From: a virus
DNA: 64,000 nt
IMG/VR virus record: IMGVR_UViG_3300034683_000333
Strand: one strand, 5' to 3'
The translations under genes and the position numbers were made by a program. Shown one piece after another: positions 10,958 to 22,127 of the stretch. Positions within the stretch are counted from its first letter, which is position 1, and each line of letters starts with the position of its first letter. The notes below the pieces were generated by a model. The model had not been told where the DNA came from, did no database searches, and saw only the letters and a program-made list of their open reading frames with translations.

Positions 10958-11469
10958 TGGAAAGAACATATAGAAGGTCCACCCGTTTTTCTACATATAC
11001 ACATTTCGAAAAAGACGAACTTGAAGATATTATTGATGAAATAAAGAAAACGGGTGTAATTCCTAAAGGAAAATATATTTCTCCGCCACAAATCGAGCCC
11101 TTTTTAAAGGACTTGTACTTTAGATTACAAGATATGTACGAAGATGTGAGAAACGGGAACGTTGATGATTCGACGAAACGATAGTTTGACATGACATTTG
11201 ACCAAATGAAAGCCGATTTCATCAATTTAAGCCAACCTATTTAGTTACCACTTATCAAAAAATTCTAGATCGGAAATTCCTTCAGAGAATTACAACACAC
11301 CGTTATAATAAAAATAATGGAAATTTTAAATAATAATACATATAATAAGGATAAGGCGGCTATTACGTCGTGGATTTACGAAAATGTATACTGGGTCCTT
11401 TTGAAAAACCTCAAGGATGAAAAAGAATATGAACAAAAAATGCTTACTTTAATTGATTTTGAGGGATAA
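10957..11469 (+). CDS. 170-aa protein with sigma-factor region-2-like pattern, 3 in-frame TAG
   Basis: Reads ...FINLSQPI*LPLIKKF*IGNSFRELQHTVIIKIMEIL...KAAITSWIYENVYWVLLKNLKDEK and ends TAA 11467-11469. Similarity judged by eye only. Confidence 0.35.
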
Positions 11470-11473
11470 AAAA

Positions 11474-11887
11474 ATGGCTATGCAAATCGATACAGGATTT
11501 ATTCGTGGAACCATTTCTGATGTATATGAAACAATCAAGGGATTGGGTTATGAATTTGATATTGTGGTGCAGGAAGTGGATCTCAATACGGGAACAACCA
11601 CCGATTTTACGACAAAGGGTCTTTGGGTGAGTCACGATACGGTGACGATCAACGAACACGTGTCGTTGCAGGTGCAAAATTCGCCTACAGTTTACGTGAA
11701 ATTTGAAAACCTCATGGATGGAACAAATTACATTGTACCAAAATTTAATTAGCGTATTAAACGGATAGATGTTATTGATTTTGATCTTGATAGAACAGGT
11801 GAAGAAGTCGTTTACGAATCGAAAGTATATAGTATTCAATCCATCAACCGTGTATTTAATTTATGGATTCTTAGGTTGAAACTCTAA
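11474..11887 (+). CDS. Putative head-tail/neck protein, 1 in-frame TAG
   Basis: ATG 11474, TAG 11750, TAA 11885. Beta-rich and located between tape measure and terminase. Function inferred from context only. Confidence 0.45.
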
Positions 11888-11903
11888 TTTTGGGAGTTTT
11901 TTA

Positions 11904-12380
11904 ATGGATTTAACAAGTAGCCACCTAAACAATTTTTATACGTTTGCGATGTTGGAACCCGTCTATGGGTTTGGCGAGGGGGAGAGTCGTTTGACTTCGT
12001 TGGAGTTTTCTCCCACGTAGGATCTGGGTTGTGTCATGCCGTCTTTGCTCAGTCGGGAAATGTCTCATTTGATTATTAACGATTACGTGATGGAAGAACT
12101 TACTCGCACCACAATCATCAACGATATTTTGTCGAAACATGATTCAGTCGTCGTTTGGGATGGAACGAATATTCAAACCGATGATACTGGGATAACATTT
12201 ATAACAAATAGATTAAATTTTTATGATTATCTTCTTATACTAAACATAGATAATCCACTTATTGATAAAATCAATTTACAATTATCGGAAGATCTCATTC
12301 AAGAAAAGTATTTTGCGAATTTGGTGATTGATGAGGAATTTTTCAAGGTTTTTAGAATTTATACAAAAATGAAGATATGA
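11904..12380 (+). CDS. Hypothetical protein, 1 in-frame TAG
   Basis: GGGAG SD, ATG 11904 in frame with track ORF 12036, separated by one TAG (PT*DLG). Ends TGA. Confidence 0.6.
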
Positions 12381-12398
12381 TAATATATGGGGGTTTGA

Positions 12399-14141
12399 AT
12401 GGCAAAAAAAAGAAGATTTCGTAAACAAGATAGCCATCTTATTCAACCAAATAGCGAGATAGATGATAAGTATAAAGGTAAAGATCCAGAATAGTATAAA
12501 AAAGAAATCCAGAAATGTAACAACGGATTGGATGGAGCAAAGTATTTTATCAACAATTATATATATGTACCGAATAAAATTGAACAACGTATTATCGAAT
12601 CAAAACCTAATTGGTTTAAGCATCTCATATTTGAAGGCGATCGAATCAATTTAAAACTATATGGAAAACAAGAAGAATATCTTGAACACTTGTTTTCAAA
12701 CCGTTTGGTTGCTACATATAAAAGCCGCCAAACTGGTATTAGTACAATTACATAGGCTTATATATTGTGGTATGCCACATTCAATAGTAGTAAGGAAGTT
12801 GTTATTGTGTCCAAATCAGAGACGGAGGCCATTAAATTTCTTGAAACGATTTATTATATGTATAATCATCTTCCGTTCTTTTTGCGGCGTCCCTATTCCA
12901 AGGCCGTCACCAAATCGTTTTGGTTGGGGGATCGAAACAGTGCAACGAAAATCAACGTTCTCACCTCCACCGCCAAATCCGGTCGTAGTTTTTCAGCGAC
13001 AATTCTTGTCCTTGATGAATGTGAGTTTATTGACTATGCCGATACGCTTTGGGGAGCTGCCCAGCCCACATTGTCCGCCACGGGTGGTCAGGGTATTTTG
13101 ATTTCCACACCCTGGATGTATAATTCGTGGTTTTGGGGTGTATGTAATCCCACCGATCCCGAAAATCATCCATTCGACGTTTTCAAAATTCACTGGAGCG
13201 ATATTCCCGGTCGTGATAAGGACTGGTACGAAGAACAGTGCAAGGAATTGAACTGGGATCAAATGAAAATCAAAACGGAATTGGATATGCAATGGATCAT
13301 TCCTTACACACTATATTTCAACGAAGAACACTTAAATGATAAATATATTGTTGATAAGAAAAGTGTGTATAAATACGATAAACAATAGAACTTATACATT
13401 CTTCATGAATATAACCCAAATGAAACATATTATTTTGGAATTGATACATATGAACAGGGTAATGATTTTAATGCTGGAACTATAATTGATTCAACGGGAA
13501 GAGTATATGCGTTTTTTAAAACTAAGCGAATTGATATAAGGGAATTGATTATTCATCTTTGCGAAAAATACCATGTATTGGCAAACGTAGAGCGCAATCG
13601 TGGTTTTTGGTTAATCAAGGAATTTATGGATAACGATATTGCTGAAAAGTATTTATTATATCAAGCGAAAAAGTGGAAAGGCATTGAACGCAAATATTTT
13701 GGATATGTAGTTAATGAAAATCGCCAAATGATCTTAAGTTATCTTTCATCCTGGCTGAAGGATGTAAATGTTTACAACGAAGTTGTTGATAAAAAGGAAT
13801 GGATTCTAATACCAGATGAATTGATGGAGGAAATGAAATACTTTGTAATTAAAAATCGACGCATTGAAGGTTTGAAACATGACGATGGTTTATTTTCACT
13901 TGGTGCCGCACAATTCGTGTTGAATAATCAAGATGTTTTTAAGAACATCGAAAAAGAACACGATGGAAAAACGGTTCCACCCGATGAATTTTATAAAAAC
14001 GTAAATGATCCAAAACGAAAACACCAACGAAAAATGTCCGTTGAAAATATGAAACGTCTCCTTTTGGGAAGCCGTGAGATGAGTCCATCGATGTCCGTTG
14101 AAGAGTTATTGGAGATGGAAAGGTTGCTCAATAAAAAATAA
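12399..14141 (+). CDS. terL: Terminase large subunit (T4 gp17-like), 580 aa, 3 in-frame TAG
   Basis: Walker A KSRQTGIST, Walker B ILVLDECEF, coupling motif LISTP, nuclease YFGID and KHDDGLFSLGAA. ATPase and nuclease domains join only through TAG at 12492, 12753 and 13386. Ends TAA. Confidence 0.9.
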
Positions 14142-14144
14142 TAA

Positions 14145-14173
14145 AAAAACACCGGGGATCACCCGGTGTTTTT
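14145..14173. terminator. Bidirectional intrinsic terminator
   Basis: AAAAACACCGG-GGATCAC-CCGGTGTTTTT between convergent genes. Confidence 0.8.
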
Positions 14174-14201
14174 AGTTTGATGTCTTTTGAACACCGTGTT
14201 T

Positions 14202-14669
14202 TTAACTGGATAGACTCTTAATCCAATCCATTTCTCCATCTGTATCCATATTTTTCGTTGTATCGTTTAGAAGTTTCTTCCATTTAATTAGGTATTCTTG
14301 AATCTTACAACTTGTTTCCAATAGTTTGAAAAGAATATCTTTACGATGTCCAATTAGGTTTACAATGGAATCGTTTAATTTCTTGGCCGTGTCAAAAACA
14401 GAAATGTCAATAGATTCCTCGATTTTTTCAATGTATGTTCGAATGTATTCAAGTTCATCAATCAGCATAATAAGACTATAATAAAGTAGGTTGTTTATTC
14501 TATTTGGCGAATGTTTCAGATCAATAGTTTCTGCTATATCTTGTAAAATACCATTTAATTCATCAATAGCTTCTTTAATACTGTCACGGACTGTATCTTT
14601 ATTTGGTTGTATAAGTTGTTTATTTATTTGTTCAAAATTATATGAATCTTTGTTAAATTCTAATCCCAT
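14202..14669 (-). CDS. Helical hypothetical protein downstream of the major capsid gene
   Basis: AAGGAG SD before ATG 14669. Ends TAA. Confidence 0.65.
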   Translation of the reverse strand: MGLEFNKDSYNFEQINKQLIQPNKDTVRDSIKEAIDELNGILQDIAETIDLKHSPNRINNLLYYSLIMLIDELEYIRTYIEKIEESIDISVFDTAKKLNDSIVNLIGHRKDILFKLLETSCKIQEYLIKWKKLLNDTTKNMDTDGEMDWIKSLSS

Positions 14670-14692
14670 AATCTCACTCCTTAAGTTGAATT

Positions 14693-14722
14693 GGGGGAGA
14701 TGGCTTTTACACCATCTCCCCC
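14693..14722 (-). other. Strong 11-bp hairpin directly after the capsid gene (attenuator or mRNA stabiliser)
   Basis: GGGGGAGATGG...CCATCTCCCCC, with no U-tract on the transcribed strand. Confidence 0.5.
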
Positions 14723-14744
14723 CCAGATCAGTTAGGATCATTCA

Positions 14745-15896
14745 TCAGACGAAGACGACCTTACCGAGGGTGTTGGGAGTCACCACCTCGAAGGCATCGC
14801 AACGATAAATGATCCGATAGGTGTTGGCGTTCTTCTCGGTGATCGGAGGCGTGGTGCCCACGAGATAAGGAGCAAACACACCGGAGAACACTTCGTGTTC
14901 GGGATAGTTACAGGTCATGAGAACGCCGGGCATGAAGGGATCGTAGACGATCTCATAGGCCATGTTATACACACCGAGGAAAATACGACCGAGAGTGCCG
15001 GAAAATGGCGTGCCGCCGGGAACGATCTGGAGCTTTTCACGATCGAGGAGGGAGTAGGCATCGGGTCCCACAACGAGAACGTTGGGCTTCACGCCGTACT
15101 GACGGAAAATCTGAGCGGCAAGTTGTTCAATTACATCTCCAAATGTCTTCTTGTAGTATTCCAGCTTCACGGGATCGTTGCTAAAATCGGTGGGATTGAG
15201 TTCAAAATTTGCTGTGTTGACGGCGGGAACGTAGTTCCACAGTTCATTGATCACGTCGAATTCAGCCTCGTCCTTCAGCTTGCTGTAAATGGTGTTGGTG
15301 AGGCGTTCGTCAACGAAAGAATTGGCGTTTTCAAGGCCCATTACGGAGGCCAGGGCGATGATGGACTCAAGGGTCCATTCGGCATTGATTCGACGGATCT
15401 GGGTCGTTACGCTCTTGGAGCGAACGGAAGCCTTGATGCCACGGGCAACGGAGCTTTCGCCAACCATACCGTAGGTACGGGTGCGCTTTTCCCGAAGCAG
15501 GTCACCGGCAACCAGCGTGGTGTCGGAGGCACCGAGAGCGCCGGTCTCGGTGAAGGCGTCGGCATATTCCTAATCCACAAAGTAGATTACGGGATAAGGA
15601 GTTTCGGCCTTCTGCACGTTCACCACCTTGTCCACGATGGTGTTGATCCAGAACTTGGGAACCACAACGGAAAGTACATTGCTGAACACATCGATGTCGG
15701 ATGCGCTCATGCCACTTTCCATCGTCTTCTTCATGGTGATGAGCTTTTCGGAGTTTTCAAGCACGGACTTCACAACGGAGCGCTTGCTATAAGTGAGTGA
15801 ACTCCCGAGATTGTCCAGAATGGCATCAATACGATTGCGCTTTTCTTCTGGAATGGTGATGCGATTTAGAACTTCTAGGTTAGTCTGTAGCTTCAT
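14745..15896 (-). CDS. Major capsid protein (T4 gp23-like), 383 aa, 1 in-frame TAG
   Basis: gp23-like segments VVNVQKAETPYPVIYFVD*EY and SVTTQIRRINAEWTLE. Two track ORFs in one frame, separated by TAG 15570-15572. Ends TGA. Confidence 0.8.
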
Positions 15897-15991
15897 TTTT
15901 GTTTTTCCCCCTATGGTTTTTATTTAAGTTTTTCTGCTTTTTTTTTTTAATTTATTTTGACTATCCAATAAAATCAATTTATACGATTACT

Positions 15992-16000
15992 TAATTAGTT
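15992..16000 (-). promoter_or_regulatory. Putative late-promoter motif AACTAATTA upstream of the capsid gene
   Basis: Plus-strand TAATTAGTT in the intergenic region. Confidence 0.6.
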
Positions 16001-16012
16001 ACACGTTATAGA

Positions 16013-18730
16013 TTATTTAGACTTGATTAGCGTAACAATGTTATCAATTACGGTGTTTTTCTTATTGCTATTGTCTTCCATCACAACATTCTTGTTAATC
16101 TTAGCCGCATCTGCTGTAACCGTTTGGGTGTCGATGTCCATTTTTTCAAAAATGTCAGACACCACCAGCTTGTTCTTTCCGGCCATTTTTGCTAGCCATT
16201 TCTGAACAAGTTTCAACTGATCAGCGTTTTTGATTCCACTGATTTCGGTGAATACATCGTTGTCCAGCACTTCACGGAACCTGTAACAAAGTTCCATCTT
16301 CTTTTGCTCAAGTTCCATTTTGTCCATGAGCGCCTTGTGGTTGCTTTCCACTTCGTGGTATTTCGCCTCAAGGCTTTCCCGTTCTGACTTGATGGATTCC
16401 ATTGTCTTCTCAAGTTCTTCCTTTTCGCTCTTAAGTGATTTCATTGCGCTGCTAAGGGTTGATACTTGGTCACGTAACTTGCTAATTTCACCGTTCATCG
16501 TGTTGAAAATTTCAGAATTTTCCGTAGACTTAAACGCATCAACAGATTCTCCATTCACAATCTTCGCAACGTCTACTGCAAACTTATTGAGATGTTTTGC
16601 AAGAGTTACAAATCGATCCTCATTGAGTTCGATAATTGCATAATCCTCAATAAATGGATCGATGGTTTTAACGATAGAATCAAGGATAGAATACATTTCT
16701 TCATTGGTAATGTTTAGAGTTTCCTTGAAGTAATCACCATTGTCGATAAGTTTTTCAATCATCTTATCGTCAAGCTTAACGGAGATTTTGTCGGTTTCAT
16801 AGAAAACTTCCGCAAACTTGACGCTTTCACCCATCTTCATGAGATTTTCGGGTGCTTCCAGTTCCAGTTCCTCGTAATGGCGAAGGAGATGTTGGGCGGC
16901 GGCCTGCTTTTCTTCACCGGTTGCCACCACACCACCTCGTGCGCCACTTAGGGCCTGGGAGGCGGCGAGGAGTCCCTGCTTGCTCACAGATACGGAAACA
17001 ACATCATCTTCGACGCTCACCGCATGGTGGGGAAGCTTCCATTCCTCGGCCTTTTCGTAGCCACGAACGATTCCGAAAACCTCGTCAACGAGTGCCTTGA
17101 AATCTTCTTCTTCGAGAAGTGCATCTTCCTTGACCTTTAGAACCATGGAGCGGACTTCATCGCCATTCCACTTTTCTTCGTTCAACTCATCCGTCTTATT
17201 CATCAAGGAAGCATCGGCCACTTCCTGCTTTCCATCATCACCGGCATCACTATCATCATCCTGGGGTTCATCGTCGGTCTTCATTTCGGGCTTATCGGAA
17301 CTATCCTTGAGTTCGTTCCAAAGACACACAAAATATTCCTTTTCTTCGGCCATTGTGGAAAGATTCTGGTGAACCGCATCCAGAACTTCTTCCAGATCGC
17401 CTTCATCCACGGAATCGGCGATAATTGTTTTAAGTTCGTCTCCGTTGAGAACAAATCCGTTGTCAACAAGTTCTCCAAATTTTTCGTCTCCAAATAGCTG
17501 AACAATTGTCTTTAGTGCATCCATGTTAATTTCCTTGAGATATCCACCAACCCATTCTTCAACGGATTCCTTGGTTTCTTCCAGCGATTCAACAACCGCT
17601 GAAATAGATTCACGAATTTCGTCCGTTACTTTGTAGTCTTCCTTGATGTTTGCGGTCATCCATTCATCAATGTTGTCGGTGGTTAGTTCAACAATTTCAT
17701 CCATGTTGTCAAAAATCAACGCCAAATCATCAAGAACGTTGAACATGTAGTTCGCATCTTGTAGTTTTTCCTTGTTAATTTTCATGTCCAAATCCTTCCC
17801 CTTAAGTAAAAATTTTAATTCATCCAACGTTGTAGTTGGTTTAACATGCTCCTTGAGCAGTTTATCATTTACCTTCATTGCACAAAGCGCAACGGGTGAT
17901 TTTACATCTATATATTCTTCGGAGATGTAGTTAAAAACCACATCATCTTTTGTAACATGTTTATTTGTGTTAATTGTATCTGTTACGTTTACACCAACAA
18001 TGTCATATTTTGTTGATTGACATAGAAAATCACCGGGATATGTTACGATATCAAATCCAAGTAGGCGAAGCACATCAATTTGAGAAACGTAATCGGAATC
18101 TACATCCCAAAAATCAAGGGATTCGAATACTTCCTTAAGATAGGTGATTCCATTGAAGTTATTTCTATGTGTCGGTCGATCATACTTTTGTATTCCAGCC
18201 ATGAATCCACGCTGTGAAATTCCTATTACCGGATCAACCGATCGCATGAAATAATCAATGAGTTGTTGTTTTACCAAAACAAAATCAAGAATGATTGCCG
18301 CATGTTTTCTTCCTTTAATATTTATATATTCAAGATTTGCATCAAGAATATATCCAGCGATATCCTCATAACGATTGTTTTCACCCATGTTAGGATCTTC
18401 AGAATCTTCCGTGGTAGGATGACTATCAAACATCATTCTGTAGTAATTTTGTTCATCTATTAGTTTCTTATATTTATGATAGGCTTCTTCAATGGCTTCG
18501 TTCGAATAGATTCTGTTTTTACTAATTTCGAGATTTCCAACTGTTCCAATACCACGCAAAACGATGTTGAAAAGCTTTCCTTGTTTATAGAGTTCGACAG
18601 CCTTTTTCCATTTACCGTCGTCTCGATTTGAAAATATATAAGAATCGACGGTGATGTTGGTATTTCCAAGCTTTAGTGGTTGAATATGTTTTGCGTTGTC
18701 AAAATAAGATAATTCTGCCATTTTTTGCAT
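16013..18730 (-). CDS. Prohead protease (gp21-like) fused to an acidic scaffold/coiled-coil region, 905 aa
   Basis: N-terminal KNRIYS, FDSHP, GISQRG and FDIVTYPG match gp21-type protease motifs. C-terminal acidic coiled coil. Lies immediately upstream of the capsid gene. Confidence 0.7.
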   Translation of the reverse strand: MQKMAELSYFDNAKHIQPLKLGNTNITVDSYIFSNRDDGKWKKAVELYKQGKLFNIVLRGIGTVGNLEISKNRIYSNEAIEEAYHKYKKLIDEQNYYRMMFDSHPTTEDSEDPNMGENNRYEDIAGYILDANLEYINIKGRKHAAIILDFVLVKQQLIDYFMRSVDPVIGISQRGFMAGIQKYDRPTHRNNFNGITYLKEVFESLDFWDVDSDYVSQIDVLRLLGFDIVTYPGDFLCQSTKYDIVGVNVTDTINTNKHVTKDDVVFNYISEEYIDVKSPVALCAMKVNDKLLKEHVKPTTTLDELKFLLKGKDLDMKINKEKLQDANYMFNVLDDLALIFDNMDEIVELTTDNIDEWMTANIKEDYKVTDEIRESISAVVESLEETKESVEEWVGGYLKEINMDALKTIVQLFGDEKFGELVDNGFVLNGDELKTIIADSVDEGDLEEVLDAVHQNLSTMAEEKEYFVCLWNELKDSSDKPEMKTDDEPQDDDSDAGDDGKQEVADASLMNKTDELNEEKWNGDEVRSMVLKVKEDALLEEEDFKALVDEVFGIVRGYEKAEEWKLPHHAVSVEDDVVSVSVSKQGLLAASQALSGARGGVVATGEEKQAAAQHLLRHYEELELEAPENLMKMGESVKFAEVFYETDKISVKLDDKMIEKLIDNGDYFKETLNITNEEMYSILDSIVKTIDPFIEDYAIIELNEDRFVTLAKHLNKFAVDVAKIVNGESVDAFKSTENSEIFNTMNGEISKLRDQVSTLSSAMKSLKSEKEELEKTMESIKSERESLEAKYHEVESNHKALMDKMELEQKKMELCYRFREVLDNDVFTEISGIKNADQLKLVQKWLAKMAGKNKLVVSDIFEKMDIDTQTVTADAAKINKNVVMEDNSNKKNTVIDNIVTLIKSK

Positions 18731-18769
18731 CCTATAAGTTTAGTGTGTAAATATCATTTATACATCGAA

Positions 18770-18778
18770 TAATTAGTT
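18770..18778 (-). promoter_or_regulatory. Putative late-promoter motif AACTAATTA upstream of the protease-scaffold gene
   Basis: Plus-strand TAATTAGTT, 40 nt upstream of ATG 18730. Confidence 0.6.
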
Positions 18779-18817
18779 ATATGTTAAGCGCTTAAAATCC
18801 TTAGATTTGAGGTATAA

Positions 18818-20443
18818 ATGAAAGAAAACCGCACCACCAATGGATTTAACGCCCTTATAAGTATATTTTCCTTTGCTGAATTCGTACAAAAAAACGTTTT
18901 TGAAGTGAACCCAGAACCCGTGATATTGGGTGGAAATCCATGTGTTGTGTATCCATTTGATATCAAGCGAGGTTTGAAATTCTACTATTCAATGATTTCG
19001 AAAAAAATGTTTCCAGAATTTGGGAAATTTTTTAAATTGGGGTAGAGTAAGTTTTCAACCATCGACGTTATGAAGCTAATAAATTTTGATTTTCTAATGG
19101 ATGTCCTTTCGGATACTCTCATTTTATACAACGAAGAAAATGAAGATGTTAGGGACCTTCTTTTGAAATCAAGCTTCAAACAAATTGTCTATTTATTATA
19201 TGTTATTAAAAAGATGAATTTTCCGAAGTCGATTTTTGAACCACTCGATAAAAACATCTATGGTGAACGGTGGATCATTGATGAACTTCAACGACTCATC
19301 CATGGGCGTCAAGAGGTAAAATCCGATGGGTTTTCTGTCGTCAGTCTGGGGGGTGTGGACTATGCGGGTAATGTTGTGGATTCGACCATGCTTTCATTTC
19401 AGGATGCTTGGGTTCTCGATTATGTGATGACCTATGATCGGTTTTATCTTGTGGTGTTCGATTCGCTCATAAATCGCCTTATCCCCCATTGGTTTGAAAT
19501 TGACGATCGCTTTGGTGTCCCACGGGTTTTGTGCCGACGTTCGCTTGAAAATTGCCATCCTGGATGTTCACGATTTTTCGACGTGTGTGGATACCGTCGT
19601 TTGGACTGGAATGGATTTGTCCCCTTTTCATTTGTCTATGTTATGACCCAGTGCATCGAAGCCGCCAGGCTTTACGAGAAGGAGGATATGCTTGATACCC
19701 TTGTTCGCTCATTTGGATATACAATTTCTGCGGTCATGGGGAAACAAAACACCGAACTTTTGCATGTCCATCCAACATCATCACTCAATCGTGTGAAAAC
19801 ATCGATGCTTGAAACTGCAATTGATTATGTATTTGGTTCTGATCATACACTATTTAATTATGATAACTATAGGGTTCTATTGGGTATCGGAGAACAAAAA
19901 GACGTAACATCGTTTGAGTATTTAAAATCGGTGCTTATGAAAGTATATTCAATGATTGATACAAACGTTCAAATATGGTGTAACGACAAAAATCGTGAAG
20001 CCGTGGATGATGTTGTTAAGAAGTTTCAAAAATTTTTGCTAAATGATTCTGACGATTTTACGGCTTATTTATATCAAAAAGCAAATGATATTGCCAAACT
20101 CGATAAAATGTTAAAGTATTTTCCACACGATATTGAAAATGTGGATCAATTGGCAAATAGAATCGTTGACGAAATGAAGAAAATGGAAGCGGAAGCCAAG
20201 AAAAATAAAATGCCCATTGGATTCAATCCCAAAAAGCCTTTGTTGGAATCGTCATCGTCACTACATAAACGAATTGCCATTGATGATGCTTTATTTGAGT
20301 TTTATAAAGAAAATAAAAGAACAAAGAAAATAAACGATATTATATTTTGGAAATGGTCGATAGCACTTTATTATGTAGCTGAAATTATTTTAGATCTACC
20401 CAAAGAGCATCCGGTTTATACAATTGATTTTAACGATATGTAA
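18818..20443 (+). CDS. Hypothetical protein, 541 aa, 1 in-frame TAG
   Basis: Track ORFs 18818 and 19070 are in frame across TAG 19043 (KLG*SKF). GAGG SD. Ends TAA. Confidence 0.65.
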
Positions 20444-20469
20444 AACAACAAAAGAAAGGAGATTTTACG

Positions 20470-20826
20470 ATGTTTGTTAAAAAATGGAATGAAGAAAAGG
20501 AATGGATTATCAACCGATGGAAAGATTTTCTCTGGACAATTGTGGCCTGGATGCCTATACTCATCCTTGGATGTGTATTTTTTGCTCTTGGAGTGGTCTC
20601 TGAGCCGACGGGAACACTCTTTGACATGGTGATCCGGTTGAACCTGGTGGTGGGAAAGATTTTACTTGCGGTTTATCTCGGAGAAGTGTTCTGGAATCTG
20701 TTTTTCCCCACACTGGAGGCCACGGTGTTTCGTCCACTGAAGAACGTGGAGGCAAAATTTTTCCATATCATGTACGGTCGTTTGATCATGCATTTCATTA
20801 TGCAGTTTGCCATCATGAATGTTTAA
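20470..20826 (+). CDS. Small multi-TM membrane protein (holin-like candidate)
   Basis: 118 aa with about 3 hydrophobic segments and a charged N-terminus. AAGGAG SD. Confidence 0.45.
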   Translation: MFVKKWNEEKEWIINRWKDFLWTIVAWMPILILGCVFFALGVVSEPTGTLFDMVIRLNLVVGKILLAVYLGEVFWNLFFPTLEATVFRPLKNVEAKFFHIMYGRLIMHFIMQFAIMNV

Positions 20827-20840
20827 TGGAGTGTTGGTGA

Positions 20841-22082
20841 ATGAGTGATGATATTATTCTATCAATTATCAAAACGCTCGAATCGGTTCTCTCCAATGTT
20901 CGTATAACAAATCGGAAGGGGGATGTGTTTCTTGAATCCGATTGTCCTTATTGCGGAAGGTCGAAGAGCGGCCATCCCCATTTTTCGGTTCTCATTCAAC
21001 AAACCGATTCTGGAAAGATCACTGGATGTGTGGGATGTTTCCGATGCGGTGAAACGAAATCGTTGACCCGATTTTTGCTGGAATATAAGAACGTATTTTC
21101 AACAATTGGTTTGACAAAAACCGTAATCAACGAAAATATTGAGACCGTTCCAGGGAATAAGGCACGAGAAAATGGTTTTTTATCAGCCGTTCGTTATTCC
21201 AATCAACGATTTATTGATCGACAGCTTTTTTACAAAAAACTTTTTCAGAAAGAAAATGCGGTACAAATTGCACAAAATAAACTTTTAGCATTTAAATATG
21301 TCAAGGATCGGTTGAAAATTCAAAGTGAATTGACGGTTTTTGATGCCTATTCCATGCTTCATCGACTTCATGTCAATACCAAGTCCTATTCTGATGGTAT
21401 GGTGATGCGATTTCAAAATCATATCGATTATGTCTTTGAATATGGAAATAATCCTAAATATATTCAGCTAAAAGAGCCGATGGATATTAAGCTATTCGGC
21501 AAGGACACGATTTCATATAATATATCTTCATATCGAAAACATTTTTATGGGGAAAAGCGTGAACCATATATTCTTGGGCAAGATATGGAAATGAAACCCG
21601 TTGTTTTGTCTGAAATATCAAACAAGTATGATACACTGAATATTTACATAGCAGAAGGTGTATTTGACACACTGACTATGTATTTTCATAATCATTACAT
21701 GAACATCCATTTCGAGAACATGAAGAAATACGCACAATTTTTTGTCGCAACGGGATCGAATAAGTTGGAAACAGTTGTTACGAATAGTATTTATGCCCTA
21801 ATGAATATTGATAATCCAGGTAGTCTTGGAATTCCAAAACAATTAAACGTTGTGTTTGTTCCTGATCGAAACATGAATTGGAAAAGGTATTTATTGCGTC
21901 TGAATAAGTTTTTTAGAAAATCGGATATCGTGTCACTTTTGAGATCGCTTTCTCTGCAATCGTTGAAAATATATTACATAGACATATATTCGTTGGATGG
22001 TAGTCCATCTGATATTAATGAATATCTCATGCAAAATCCTCTTACAAAACTTAATGCGGTTGATGCAATAAGAGTTGCATAA
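20841..22082 (+). CDS. DNA primase (T4 gp61-like, Zn finger plus TOPRIM)
   Basis: CPYCG...CFRCG zinc finger and TOPRIM motif IYIAEGVFD. No internal TAG. Confidence 0.7.
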   Translation: MSDDIILSIIKTLESVLSNVRITNRKGDVFLESDCPYCGRSKSGHPHFSVLIQQTDSGKITGCVGCFRCGETKSLTRFLLEYKNVFSTIGLTKTVINENIETVPGNKARENGFLSAVRYSNQRFIDRQLFYKKLFQKENAVQIAQNKLLAFKYVKDRLKIQSELTVFDAYSMLHRLHVNTKSYSDGMVMRFQNHIDYVFEYGNNPKYIQLKEPMDIKLFGKDTISYNISSYRKHFYGEKREPYILGQDMEMKPVVLSEISNKYDTLNIYIAEGVFDTLTMYFHNHYMNIHFENMKKYAQFFVATGSNKLETVVTNSIYALMNIDNPGSLGIPKQLNVVFVPDRNMNWKRYLLRLNKFFRKSDIVSLLRSLSLQSLKIYYIDIYSLDGSPSDINEYLMQNPLTKLNAVDAIRVA

Positions 22083-22127
22083 GGGTACTAATTTAGAGAT
22101 ATTATAGCGATTTAACAAACCAAACCA

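Noticed and set aside
14895-15800. 301-aa plus-strand ORF
   Set aside because: Antisense shadow of the GC-rich capsid gene.
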